Shown: positions 35,528-44,835 of the stretch, piece by piece
Layout of the letters: every line of letters starts with the position of its first letter
How positions within the stretch are numbered: position 1 is the stretch's first letter
Virus record (IMG/VR): IMGVR_UViG_3300033067_001661
Location: 269,624-333,623 of that record
Reading direction: 5' to 3' (one strand)
Length of the DNA: 64,000 nt
DNA from: a virus
Taxonomy: Duplodnaviria; Heunggongvirae; Uroviricota; Caudoviricetes
Position numbers and translations under genes: made by a program
The notes under the pieces: generated by a model
Database searches by the model: none
The model's input: the letters and a program-made list of their open reading frames with translations, nothing else
What the model was told of the DNA's origin: nothing

Positions 35528-36781
35528 TTACTTGGTGACGGGAAGGGTCGCGGGAGTGGTTGTTGAGGCATTGAAGGGGGTATTAGGACGAGCAGAAGGC
35601 TGACCAAGAGCCGTTCTGATAGCGCCCATGAAGTCGCCAGACAGAGAGGTGAAGCTCATGTTCTGAGGGAGGAAACCGTTGAAGTTCTGGAATGCAGAAC
35701 TCATGTTTCGAGAAATCTCAATCTGAGCAAAGGTCTGCCCGCCGATTCCCTCATAAGCCGCATAGAGAAGCTTCTGTGCTTCGGCCTTGGCGCGGCCCTC
35801 AGCAAGAACAGCAGATGCTCTGTTCTCAGCAGCCGCCTTCTCAGCCTCAGACGCAATCTTCAATCTTTCAGCCTCAGCCTGAGCCGCAAGAATGGTTTGC
35901 TGCTTCTGCGCTTCAGCAGCGGTCAGCTTTGCGGCGGCTTCCTGCTCAGCCTTGAGCTTGGCAACCTGCTTGTCTCTTTCGGCCTCAACAACCGCCTTGT
36001 TCAGGTCAGCCTGGGCAACGGCTCTTACTCTCAGAGCGTCAGCCTCAGCAGCTTTGGTTTCTTCGTCGGCGCGCAACTTCTTTTGCTGGGCAATCTGACG
36101 GGCCTTGATTTCCTCAGTGTACTTCGGGTCAAGACCAATCTTCTCAATAACGAAGTTTTCGACAACGATTCCCTGCTTACGGAGTTCGCTGTCAGGAGAA
36201 GCAAGATCCTGCTCGATTTCAGTCTGCAACTTAACAAGGCCTTCGCCAGAATAGGCGTCAGTCGCCTTCATCTTTGTTGCATGATTTTTGACGACCAACT
36301 GAACAGTATTGCGAAGAAGACGCTCTTCGATAATGTTCGGGTCTGCGGCGTCCATGTGAGCATGATAATTCTTGTGGATGCCAACAATGTTGGACTGATC
36401 AAATCTCCAACGAACACTGAGATTGATGTGCATGTCTTGCTGGTCTTGCGACTGGACAAGATATGCGTCATAGTCTCTTCCATGACCGCTTTCGCCCGCT
36501 GAAGCAGGAGAATCATTCATGACGAAAACTCTGCTCGTCATGTCGTAGCGATAGATGTTGGTCGTCATTCGGTTTCTGGAATAGGTTCCAGGAGGAAGAG
36601 GGTTGGGATCAACACCACTCCAGGTCTCTTTGACGCCAACCTCGCTACCAGCAACGGTTTCGAGGTCAACAAGGGTAACACCACACAGAAGAAGACCAAC
36701 ACCAATAACACCCGAAATAGCAAGCTTGACCGGAAATTGACTCATCGAATTTGCTCCTGAATATGGACTTCTGCGACTCAT
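35528..36781 (-). CDS. SPFH/band-7 domain protein (flotillin/YqiK/HflKC-like) with an N-terminal TM helix and a long Ala/Glu/Lys coiled coil.
   Basis: N-terminal hydrophobic segment. SPFH-like core. AQQKKLRADEETKAAEADALRVRAVAQADLNKAVVEAERDKQVAKLKAEQEAAAKL typical of flotillin-like proteins. Confidence 0.65.
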   Translation of the reverse strand: MSRRSPYSGANSMSQFPVKLAISGVIGVGLLLCGVTLVDLETVAGSEVGVKETWSGVDPNPLPPGTYSRNRMTTNIYRYDMTSRVFVMNDSPASAGESGHGRDYDAYLVQSQDQQDMHINLSVRWRFDQSNIVGIHKNYHAHMDAADPNIIEERLLRNTVQLVVKNHATKMKATDAYSGEGLVKLQTEIEQDLASPDSELRKQGIVVENFVIEKIGLDPKYTEEIKARQIAQQKKLRADEETKAAEADALRVRAVAQADLNKAVVEAERDKQVAKLKAEQEAAAKLTAAEAQKQQTILAAQAEAERLKIASEAEKAAAENRASAVLAEGRAKAEAQKLLYAAYEGIGGQTFAQIEISRNMSSAFQNFNGFLPQNMSFTSLSGDFMGAIRTALGQPSARPNTPFNASTTTPATLPVTK

Positions 36782-37248
36782 GACTTTCTTTCTGACTGCC
36801 GTTGCAGCCTGTCGATCTGATCGAGAACTCGATCAGTTTCTGCGGCGGTTTCTGCGGCTCTCCTCTTTAGCTCTTTATCCTTGTAATGCTTGAGAAGATT
36901 AAGGCCTAAGCAAACAACCCCAACAAGGGCTACTGGAGGGACGACAAACTCAAGCAACTGAGGACGCCGAGCAAAGATTGAGACCAGGAAAATAACGGCA
37001 CAAAAACCAAACATAACTAGTGTTATGGTTCCGTAATGATCCTTTTGAGGAACAAAAACAGCGCCTTTATCGGACAGATTCTTGTACTCTTCACCCTGTC
37101 TGTAGAGGTCAACTTGCTCTTTCTTGAACATAACGGTGTTTCTGTCCCTAAACTGTTGAAAAACACCGTCTTCACCAAGTTGATGAACCTTTGAAACGGG
37201 TAGACCAAGCTGGTCTGCGGCTTCTTTCTCTGTTACGAACATTTTCAT
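36778..37248 (-). CDS. Membrane protein (2 TM) with an N-terminal HTH-like segment, translationally coupled to the SPFH gene (NfeD-like partner candidate).
   Basis: 4-nt overlap with the SPFH start. Hydrophobic LVMFGFCAVIFLVSIF and VPPVALVGVVCLGLNLL. Confidence 0.4.
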   Translation of the reverse strand: MKMFVTEKEAADQLGLPVSKVHQLGEDGVFQQFRDRNTVMFKKEQVDLYRQGEEYKNLSDKGAVFVPQKDHYGTITLVMFGFCAVIFLVSIFARRPQLLEFVVPPVALVGVVCLGLNLLKHYKDKELKRRAAETAAETDRVLDQIDRLQRQSERKS

Positions 37249-37276
37249 GTGCTACCTCGCTAACCTTTCCAACCGC

Positions 37277-37849
37277 TTATAGTAGGCTTCGATTTTTCAC
37301 AAAGAACCAAGAGGGCCAAGGTTCCTTTGTCGTTTGGATTTTCGTGTCAACTCTTTTAGCAAACTCGTCAACGGCCTGCTTTACCCCAAAATCTCCATGA
37401 ACAGGTATTTCACCGTTCAAGTAATCATGTCCAGAGATTAGGCCTCCATATCGAACTTTCGTATACCAGGCTTCGATATCTTGTTTCACATATTCGTATT
37501 TGTGGTTTGCGTCTATGTAGACAAAATCAAGAGACTCGTCATCAAAAGCAGAAGCTGCAATCATAGACATTTCTCGTATAATGAAAAACCTGTCACCAAA
37601 CTTCTTTAATCGCTTTTTCGTCTCTTTCAAATGATCTTCTTGTTTATTTTGCGGAACGTTTGAAGCGTCGTTATAAACTTCTTTTTCCTGCTCTTCCCAG
37701 CAATCAATACAGAACAGTTTTTGTCCTTTCCATTTCGAAAGGATAAGTTCAGAAAAGACTCCCCGCTTTACGCCTACTTCTGCTCCTTGTCCAACAAGAT
37801 GCAGACTATTGAGGTAGTCTCCGAAATCTGATCTATATTTGAGTATCAT
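37277..37849 (-). CDS. Class I SAM-dependent methyltransferase, TylF/MycF/FkbM-like (Methyltransf_24-like) small-molecule or sugar O-methyltransferase family.
   Basis: GVFSELIL...LFCIDCWEE and VYIDANHKYEYVKQDIEAWYTKVRYGGLISGHDY match this family's signature layout. Confidence 0.6.
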   Translation of the reverse strand: MILKYRSDFGDYLNSLHLVGQGAEVGVKRGVFSELILSKWKGQKLFCIDCWEEQEKEVYNDASNVPQNKQEDHLKETKKRLKKFGDRFFIIREMSMIAASAFDDESLDFVYIDANHKYEYVKQDIEAWYTKVRYGGLISGHDYLNGEIPVHGDFGVKQAVDEFAKRVDTKIQTTKEPWPSWFFVKNRSLL

Positions 37850-38643
37850 GAGCTATAACTTGTGTAGTTCATTGGCTCATCAAGATTCTCGTTATAGAAA
37901 AACCAGCCAATAAACTGTTCGCCGAAATAATCAGCAATCACAATTTTGACATGAGTTGTTGCAAATCCAATTTCAGGACAACTCTTATTATTGTATCTCT
38001 CTTCGCAAACGTCCTGCTTGAAAACGCTATTTATGATAGAGTCATAGAATATGTCGCTATTTTGCCAGCCAGCGGCCTTAGCTTGTTCAAAAGAAGTGTT
38101 CTTGGTCTTCTTTAGGACTCTTTCAATCATCTTTGGAGCAGAACGAAGTATCAAGGGTTGGCTAATAACCTTGCCTCTGATTTTGCATCGAATATTTGCA
38201 TAAGTCAAACGGAATAGCTCTGAATGTTCTTCTTTTTCAGGAAGCAAAAGAACTCCGCTATCAATAAGGTGAATACCAACCTTCTTGCCATTGATTGTCT
38301 TTGGCGTAAGTTCGCTTATCCTTTCTTGTAAACCATCTGGTAGAGACTTGAACGATCTCATACGACCTCTTTCCTGGTCTTCTTGGAACTTGACCTCTAT
38401 CTTGTCTTTGAATTTTCTTCTTATATTCTTCACGAAACGCTCAGCATCTTCCTTTGATTCAAAGCAGTAATCGCAAGAGGTTGTGTTCCAGCTATAGAAG
38501 CCGCCTTTGTTCTTTTTTGCTTCCTGTTCTATTTTGTCAAATGGAGGACAGAGAGGAAACCCGTCTCCATGAAGCATTTGCTCCATAGATTCTTCGGCTC
38601 CTTGCGCCAACGAAACCGTTACGCTGAACTTGCAATTAGACAT
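37846..38643 (-). CDS. Hypothetical protein (265 aa), translationally coupled upstream of the methyltransferase.
   Basis: ORF with 4-nt overlap to the downstream gene. Cys-containing motifs but nothing recognisable. Confidence 0.4.
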   Translation of the reverse strand: MSNCKFSVTVSLAQGAEESMEQMLHGDGFPLCPPFDKIEQEAKKNKGGFYSWNTTSCDYCFESKEDAERFVKNIRRKFKDKIEVKFQEDQERGRMRSFKSLPDGLQERISELTPKTINGKKVGIHLIDSGVLLLPEKEEHSELFRLTYANIRCKIRGKVISQPLILRSAPKMIERVLKKTKNTSFEQAKAAGWQNSDIFYDSIINSVFKQDVCEERYNNKSCPEIGFATTHVKIVIADYFGEQFIGWFFYNENLDEPMNYTSYSS

Positions 38644-38704
38644 TCGGCTAGGACTCCAAAAAGTTCCTAGGACTCATCGGAAATCCACTAGCCACTTTTT
38701 AAGA

Positions 38705-41700
38705 TTACACAGAACCTGCCAAGATCGTTCGGTCATACCAAGTGGAGGCTTGGCGAGGATTCTCTTCGTCGTCATTGCCTTCAACTTCTCTTTCGAGAAC
38801 AGCGTCATTGAAGTCAATAGCAATCTGCCCGAAGTCGTTATCTTTTCCGCCAAACTCGATACCGTTTTCCGCGAACATCTCGTTCAGGTCTTTTCCAAGC
38901 TGTACGTCGGCTTCCATATCAGCCGCTCTTGCTTTGGCAATCTCTTCCTGAATCTTGGCGTCATTCAATCCGTTGAGAATGTACTCTTCGGCTTCCGAGT
39001 CAAGATTCTGAATAATTTGAGCGATCTTGATTTTGCTTCTAACAAACTTGTAGAAAACCTCGTCAGGGCTTAGTCTTCCGTCTGGTCCCTTAACAACCAT
39101 ATACTTCGTATTTACTGGCATGACGTTAGTGATTCTGAAAGCCCGGCCCTCTGTTTGCTCTGCAATATATGGAGACCAGTCAAAGTCGTTCATAATTACG
39201 TTTTGCGTAGAGTTTTCCAAGCTAACACCTGTACCGCCCTTCTTGGCAGCAATAACCATTGCTCTCGCAGGGTTTTCAGGGTCTTTGAACTGCGCAACAG
39301 CATTCATGATCGCAGCACCGTTGTCGTCTCCCATGATACGAACAACTTCAAAATCTGGGTCTTGTGCTTTTAGATGAGCGTCAAGGCCTGCATACAGCGA
39401 TTGGCAACAAGTTCTGAAGTTAGAGAAGACAAGAACTTTTTCTCCTCTATCAAGAATCTCTTTCGCAAGAGCCATAGTATGAGGAACTTTCATTTGCGCA
39501 ATAAGAACTCTTTGCTTCGTGAGAACAGCAAGAGCAGCGCCAGCGTTTCCGCCATACTGAGCTTTTATGTTTTCGAAATCTCTAGCAAAGGCTCTTATAT
39601 CAAAGTCTTCTTCAGAAATATACTGTTCGTCAATAACGTGTTCTGGAAGATTTGGATTGATAGCCTTTTGAGAACGGCTTAGATAGGCTCCAGAAAGGGT
39701 TAGCCATTTCCTAAGATTATAAGCCTTCTCTTCTTGTAGAGCCAAAATTTCTCTAGCCTTGATTGGATCTGCAAAGTCTCTAATTGTTGACTTTCTTCCA
39801 ACGAATTCTTTATTGAAGTCTCTTGTTGAAATCTCGCCAAGAGTGTGACCAACAATGCTTAGGATGTTATGAACGTCAATTGCCGTATTAGCTGCTGAAG
39901 TTGCAGAAGCACCCCACTTAAATGGAACTCTTGGAGCAATCAAAGCCATAATCTGAGAAGCTCCGCTTGTTTCATTTTTGATCAAATGAGCTTCGTCAAG
40001 AATAAGGGCGGTAAACTGCGTATTGAAAATTCCGTCAATAATCTGTTGCTTAGATCTCCAACGAGGCTTGAGAACAGGAGAACCGTTTGGTTGAAGGATA
40101 ACGCCTGCATTGTTCTTTTCTGGAGCAGCAGAAATGTTGGGATAGGTTATGATTGTCCACTTCTTATTGTCGCCAGGATTGAAACTTATGTTAGCAGGAT
40201 CTTCTCCAAGCTTGTTTTGAATTTCATTAGCCCATTGTATTTGAGTTGTCTTAAGAGTAATGATGAGGCATCTTCCGCCTGACTGCTTAAGTCTCATAGC
40301 AGCAGCAACAAGAGTTGTTAGTGTTTTACCAGTTCCTGTTTTGTCGCCAAGGATTGCATTGCCTCTTTCATAGAGCCATCTTACGCCGTCCTTTTGTTTA
40401 TCAAAAAGCTTTGCCCTGTCGCCTGTTATTTCTTCTACGTCTTTGTAGAATCTTTCATAATCAAACTGAGGATTGCCCTTAGCGTCTCTTAGTTGACGAC
40501 CATTTTCGTCCTTAACTTCGTAACCGTCGAGTTCTCCAGAGTATCTTGTTCTTTCAAGAGCTTTTGATCTCAAAAGACCGCTTAGTACGGCTCTTAGATT
40601 TGTTACGTCCCAGCCTCTGCTTTTAATTAGCGCTCCAAATCGGAAAAAGTCATCGAAAGAGCCATAGACATACCATCTATTTTGCTGGTCTAGCCTCATT
40701 CCTGACGGCTCCCATCTTCCATTAGGAAGTTGCTTTGGAGGTTTTGCATGATAGTTTTCAGGAGCAGGGTCTAGTCTTAGATCGGTAAGATCGCCTTTGC
40801 TTGGGAAAGAGAACTTAACATAGTCTTCCATTTCCTGAATAAGCTGAGGAGTTCTTGGGAAATTGATAGACACAAGAAACTTGGTATTTCTTGTTGCGTC
40901 CTGAACAATAAGGGTTTTGAGTGGGTCTTTGAGGTTCTCTTTGTTTTTCTCAAGCTCGTCTTTATATTCTTTGATTGCAGCGTCAAGCTCGGCTGTGTCA
41001 AAGCCTTTTTGTCTCATAAACTCAGACATAGATTCGAGTCTTGAGGGAAGAATTGGAGGGTCGCCTCTAAGGTCAAATCTCCAAGCAACATAAGCAGGAT
41101 CCCAGCGGCCTCCTATTTTGTTGTTTACAATGAAGTTTCTAATATCATTGTTTCTTTCGAACTTTACAATCAAAGTTTGCCAGCCTTCAGGCTTTGAAAC
41201 TTGAACTTTATTTTTCTGTTCAACAGGTTGCTGTTGTTGTTCAGCAGGAACGGCTGGATCGTTTTGTTTTTCATATCTTTGTATTTGAGCCGTATCAAAA
41301 CCCATTTCTGATAGTTTATCAAGAATCTGAGTAAAGAATGGACCTTCTGTTGTTCCAATATTAAAGAACGGACCTTCCATGTCCTTTGTTTTTGAAAACA
41401 ACTTAAAGTCAGCAATTTGTAAGGCTCCCTTTTTCGCCTTATTGACCCATGTTGCCCAAGTTGGATAAGTTCCATTTGGCTTCTTTGTGCTTTGAATGTA
41501 AACTTTTGCAAGAGACTGCAAAGAGCTAAACTCGTCTTTGGTCATGCTTGGAGCTTGAACAACAATTGACATCCAACTACCAAAAGGAGCTTCTTTAACA
41601 AAGAGTAAAGGCCTGTTTCCTCCTCTTTGAGGACGAGCAGCAGGCGGTTGAGCGGGTGGCTGAGCAACAGGTGGTTGAGCAGGATTTTGTTCCACAGGAG

Positions 41701-41824
41701 CCGCAGCCTCTGGTTGAGGAGCAGGCTCTTGTTGCGGTTGAGCAACAGGTTGAGGTACGGGCGCAGGAGCCGCTGGCTCATTTACATTCTGCGCAATCTT
41801 TGTTATATCAAAATAGTTATTCAT
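38705..41824 (-). CDS. SNF2-family helicase/ATPase (1039 aa) with an N-terminal Pro/Gln/Ala-rich low-complexity region.
   Basis: Motif I LGDKTGTGKT, motif II ALILDEAHLIKN, motifs V/VI GGTGVSLENSTQNVIMNDFDWSP...QTEGRAFR. N-terminal PAAPAPVPQPVAQPQQEPAPQP. Confidence 0.8.
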   Translation of the reverse strand: MNNYFDITKIAQNVNEPAAPAPVPQPVAQPQQEPAPQPEAAAPVEQNPAQPPVAQPPAQPPAARPQRGGNRPLLFVKEAPFGSWMSIVVQAPSMTKDEFSSLQSLAKVYIQSTKKPNGTYPTWATWVNKAKKGALQIADFKLFSKTKDMEGPFFNIGTTEGPFFTQILDKLSEMGFDTAQIQRYEKQNDPAVPAEQQQQPVEQKNKVQVSKPEGWQTLIVKFERNNDIRNFIVNNKIGGRWDPAYVAWRFDLRGDPPILPSRLESMSEFMRQKGFDTAELDAAIKEYKDELEKNKENLKDPLKTLIVQDATRNTKFLVSINFPRTPQLIQEMEDYVKFSFPSKGDLTDLRLDPAPENYHAKPPKQLPNGRWEPSGMRLDQQNRWYVYGSFDDFFRFGALIKSRGWDVTNLRAVLSGLLRSKALERTRYSGELDGYEVKDENGRQLRDAKGNPQFDYERFYKDVEEITGDRAKLFDKQKDGVRWLYERGNAILGDKTGTGKTLTTLVAAAMRLKQSGGRCLIITLKTTQIQWANEIQNKLGEDPANISFNPGDNKKWTIITYPNISAAPEKNNAGVILQPNGSPVLKPRWRSKQQIIDGIFNTQFTALILDEAHLIKNETSGASQIMALIAPRVPFKWGASATSAANTAIDVHNILSIVGHTLGEISTRDFNKEFVGRKSTIRDFADPIKAREILALQEEKAYNLRKWLTLSGAYLSRSQKAINPNLPEHVIDEQYISEEDFDIRAFARDFENIKAQYGGNAGAALAVLTKQRVLIAQMKVPHTMALAKEILDRGEKVLVFSNFRTCCQSLYAGLDAHLKAQDPDFEVVRIMGDDNGAAIMNAVAQFKDPENPARAMVIAAKKGGTGVSLENSTQNVIMNDFDWSPYIAEQTEGRAFRITNVMPVNTKYMVVKGPDGRLSPDEVFYKFVRSKIKIAQIIQNLDSEAEEYILNGLNDAKIQEEIAKARAADMEADVQLGKDLNEMFAENGIEFGGKDNDFGQIAIDFNDAVLEREVEGNDDEENPRQASTWYDRTILAGSV

Positions 41825-41844
41825 TCAATCTCCAAGATTCATAT

Positions 41845-44649
41845 TCAATATGTCGTAGCCGCTTTCCTATACCATCCTTTAGAAGCATTCTTTTGCGGAA
41901 AATCCATTCCTGGATCTTGATTATCAACGTCTTCGACAACAGGAAAGTTGAAAGGAGTCTTTCTCTTATTACACATCTCGACAATCTCAGGGTCTTGAGC
42001 CGCAATGATATCAAGCTCGCTACAGTTTATGTAGTTTATCTTATCTCCTGGCATCGCCGTCCGCATAAGCCTCTTAACAACCTCTATATACTTTTGTTGA
42101 ATGACAGGATTTTCTTTTAGAAACTCAGGTAATTTAGTAAACTCTTTAGCCAAAGCGTTCTGAAAGTTCATATTTGTTGAATAAACTCTTGATTGTATAT
42201 ACGCTTCAACAACCTGAGGGTTCTCTTGAACTTGAGGAGGAAGAGTTAGGTAAACAGAAGCTCTCCATTTCATTGTTTTAAGAACCTGCTCAATGCCTTG
42301 ATCAAAGTTACCAACCGCTGCTTGATAGTCCTTATCTTGCAACAGTTTCTGGTCAACCTTGTCTTTACCAACAAGCTTTTTCTTAAGAGGGTCATTTGCA
42401 AGAACCTGCTCTTTATACAATCGGTAAAGTTCAGGATCTTCTTTGTAGCGAGGATCAAAACTTGGGAAGTTGTGTATATTCTTGATAAGAACTTTTCTCT
42501 TTGTAAGATTTACAAAGTTTTGGAATCCAGGCGTTTTTCTAGCCCAAAGAGGGGCTATTGCTGAAAACTCAGAGTCCATATAAGAATCAAGAAGAACCGA
42601 AGTCTCTGTTTGTCGAGAATGAGGCTCTTGGTGAGCTTTGCTTATCTTGTCAGCATACTTTTCAGCCATTTCCTCAACATTAGCAGGATCTGCAAAAATT
42701 CTATCAATAACAGGTCTTGGAGTATCAATAGCTATATAGCCTTCTCTAACCGCAGCTTCAGCGCTTTGATTTTTGGCAACATTGATAGCTTGCTCAAAAT
42801 CCTTGTCCGCATGAAGTTCTGGCAACAAATCTCCAATTACTTGTTGAAGAGCGTCATATTCAATCTTGGCGGTAGCAATTCTACCCTTTTGTTCTTTGGT
42901 TTTTCTACTCGCGCTGAAAACATTTGCCTTCCAATAAAGACCTTCTTGGTACTTTCTAAGAACAGCATGCTTGAAGACTTCTTTACCTCTTGGGTAGTCT
43001 CTCCAGTGATTAGGAACCTTCTCAAGAACATTTCTAATACGGTCAGGGCTGTTTTCATAAAGAACCGTAAGTCTTCCATGAACATTTTCCATGAAAGCAG
43101 GATCTCTAAGAACAAACTCTGGCATGTTCTGAGCATTGGCGGCAACGTTCTCGGCCATCTGAAGAGCGTCGTTTCCTCCAAGATTTTGAACCTTCTTGAA
43201 CCAACCTTCTTTACACGCAGTTTGAAGTCCCTCTAAAAGCTGAGGATACTGAGCAAACTTGTCGTTTTCTGTAACCCTGTTATAAAGAGCAGGATTGGTA
43301 AGAAGCATTTTTCTAAACTCTTCAATCTCTTCAAGATTTGGCGTACCGTCATCATTGAAGAAGCTCTTATTAAGGTTTGCTTCCTTGAGGATTTGGTCCC
43401 AGTGGGTCTTTGCGTAAGAAGTAATCCTTGGTTCAAGGCCTTCTCTATAGATAATGTCCGTAATTTCTCGCCAATAAGCTGTTGGGCAAGAACGACTTAC
43501 GCCGCCAGCGTAACTCTGGTCTCCTGCGATTTCAACAATATCTTCGCCGCTAAATCGAATACCAACATTGGCTTTACCATTTTCAACTAATATCCAGAAA
43601 TCGCCAGCACTAAGGTATCTTGGGCCGTTGCTGTTTTTGGTTGTACACCAAGCATTCGGAACTGAAAAGTTGTGAAGTATTTCAACGTTGTTTTCAAATA
43701 CTTTTTCAGCAGGTATTTGCTTGCCGTCTTTATCAATGCCTTCCTTTGTCTTGTCCTTGCTTGGCAGCTTTAGCCAACCAGTTTTATCAGCTTCGTTATA
43801 ACCCTGTTTAGCAACCGCAAGGCTATGTTCAACAAGGCTCTTCTCGTAGTCTTTGAATATATCAATGTTACGAGAGTTGTTCTGGTTTATAGCGTCCTGA
43901 ACTTGCTCTGGCGGAAGATTTACTTCCTGAGCAATCTGGTCAATAGGCTTACCTTCTTTGGCAAGGGCTAAAACCTTCTTGAAAACATTCTCGTCTTTGA
44001 TTGGCCCGTTATACTTGAACTTTACGTTCTTGACCTTTTGAAAGATTTGAGCAATAACAGGCGGAGACGCAGACGGAGCAGGGTTGATAGTCTTTGGACC
44101 TGAACTATCAAAGACAGGATTCAAAAGAAGATAAACGAAAGCAGGACTATTTGAGTAGTCAGGATGGTCTTTGACGTAGGTTATCCAACCGTCGAATGCT
44201 TGCTTCTTAATGTTGTTGATAACGCCTACATAGAACTTTTCAGCGCCTTCCTTGTCATATTTAGCCATGTTGTAGGCATGCTCAAGTTCAGGGTTGAAAA
44301 TGTTGTTCTGTCTAGCAAAGTTATAACCTGCCTCAACATCAAACTTCTTTATATAGTTACTATTTGGGTTATTCTGGTCTACTTTGGCAAAAACTTTTGG
44401 TAGTAGAACCGCTTTGATAAAATCGTTGATATCGTTTTGATTCTCAATCGACTTTTGGAGTTGAGTGTCTTCTCCAGCCTCGTTTTTGCCTTCGACAGTA
44501 TAACCGTTCCACTTGATCATACCCTCATAGCGCATGATAAGAAGTTGAAGAGCGGGGTCTGTAACTCCGTACTTCTGTATCTTTTCTTTTGGTCCTGCGA
44601 CCTTTATCATTGACCTGATTATTCTATACCAACTCATTAGTTTTCCCAA
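41845..44649 (-). CDS. Large hypothetical protein (934 aa).
   Basis: Long ORF. Internal start MSWYRIIRS (MxWY motif). No recognised catalytic motifs. Confidence 0.5.
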   Translation of the reverse strand: MGKLMSWYRIIRSMIKVAGPKEKIQKYGVTDPALQLLIMRYEGMIKWNGYTVEGKNEAGEDTQLQKSIENQNDINDFIKAVLLPKVFAKVDQNNPNSNYIKKFDVEAGYNFARQNNIFNPELEHAYNMAKYDKEGAEKFYVGVINNIKKQAFDGWITYVKDHPDYSNSPAFVYLLLNPVFDSSGPKTINPAPSASPPVIAQIFQKVKNVKFKYNGPIKDENVFKKVLALAKEGKPIDQIAQEVNLPPEQVQDAINQNNSRNIDIFKDYEKSLVEHSLAVAKQGYNEADKTGWLKLPSKDKTKEGIDKDGKQIPAEKVFENNVEILHNFSVPNAWCTTKNSNGPRYLSAGDFWILVENGKANVGIRFSGEDIVEIAGDQSYAGGVSRSCPTAYWREITDIIYREGLEPRITSYAKTHWDQILKEANLNKSFFNDDGTPNLEEIEEFRKMLLTNPALYNRVTENDKFAQYPQLLEGLQTACKEGWFKKVQNLGGNDALQMAENVAANAQNMPEFVLRDPAFMENVHGRLTVLYENSPDRIRNVLEKVPNHWRDYPRGKEVFKHAVLRKYQEGLYWKANVFSASRKTKEQKGRIATAKIEYDALQQVIGDLLPELHADKDFEQAINVAKNQSAEAAVREGYIAIDTPRPVIDRIFADPANVEEMAEKYADKISKAHQEPHSRQTETSVLLDSYMDSEFSAIAPLWARKTPGFQNFVNLTKRKVLIKNIHNFPSFDPRYKEDPELYRLYKEQVLANDPLKKKLVGKDKVDQKLLQDKDYQAAVGNFDQGIEQVLKTMKWRASVYLTLPPQVQENPQVVEAYIQSRVYSTNMNFQNALAKEFTKLPEFLKENPVIQQKYIEVVKRLMRTAMPGDKINYINCSELDIIAAQDPEIVEMCNKRKTPFNFPVVEDVDNQDPGMDFPQKNASKGWYRKAATTY

Positions 44650-44745
44650 AAGTTATAGTATCCCTGTCTATATTTCCGTAAAAATACCTTCTATCCTTCC
44701 TGAATTAGAGGACTCTCTACCTTTGAAATCGGCAAATTTTCGCGC

Positions 44746-44786
44746 AAAGAAAAACCGCCGGTCCAACCCGAAGGTCAAACCGGCGG
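44746..44786 (-). terminator. Rho-independent terminator downstream of the high-GC AAA+ gene.
   Basis: CCGCCGGT...ACCGGCGG 8-bp stem followed on the minus strand by TTTTTCTTT. Confidence 0.6.
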
Positions 44787-44835
44787 CTGAGATAAGAAGA
44801 ACGGATTATTCCGTCAACTTATGCGAGGTTGGTGA

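Noticed and set aside
44741-44756. Plus-strand AAATTTTCGCGCAAAG resembling the core of the ~35-nt HEG-associated repeat in reverse orientation.
   Set aside because: Only a 13-nt partial match lacking the flanking GGTATCC and GTGACGG blocks. It overlaps the AAA+ gene terminator. Insufficient to call a repeat copy.
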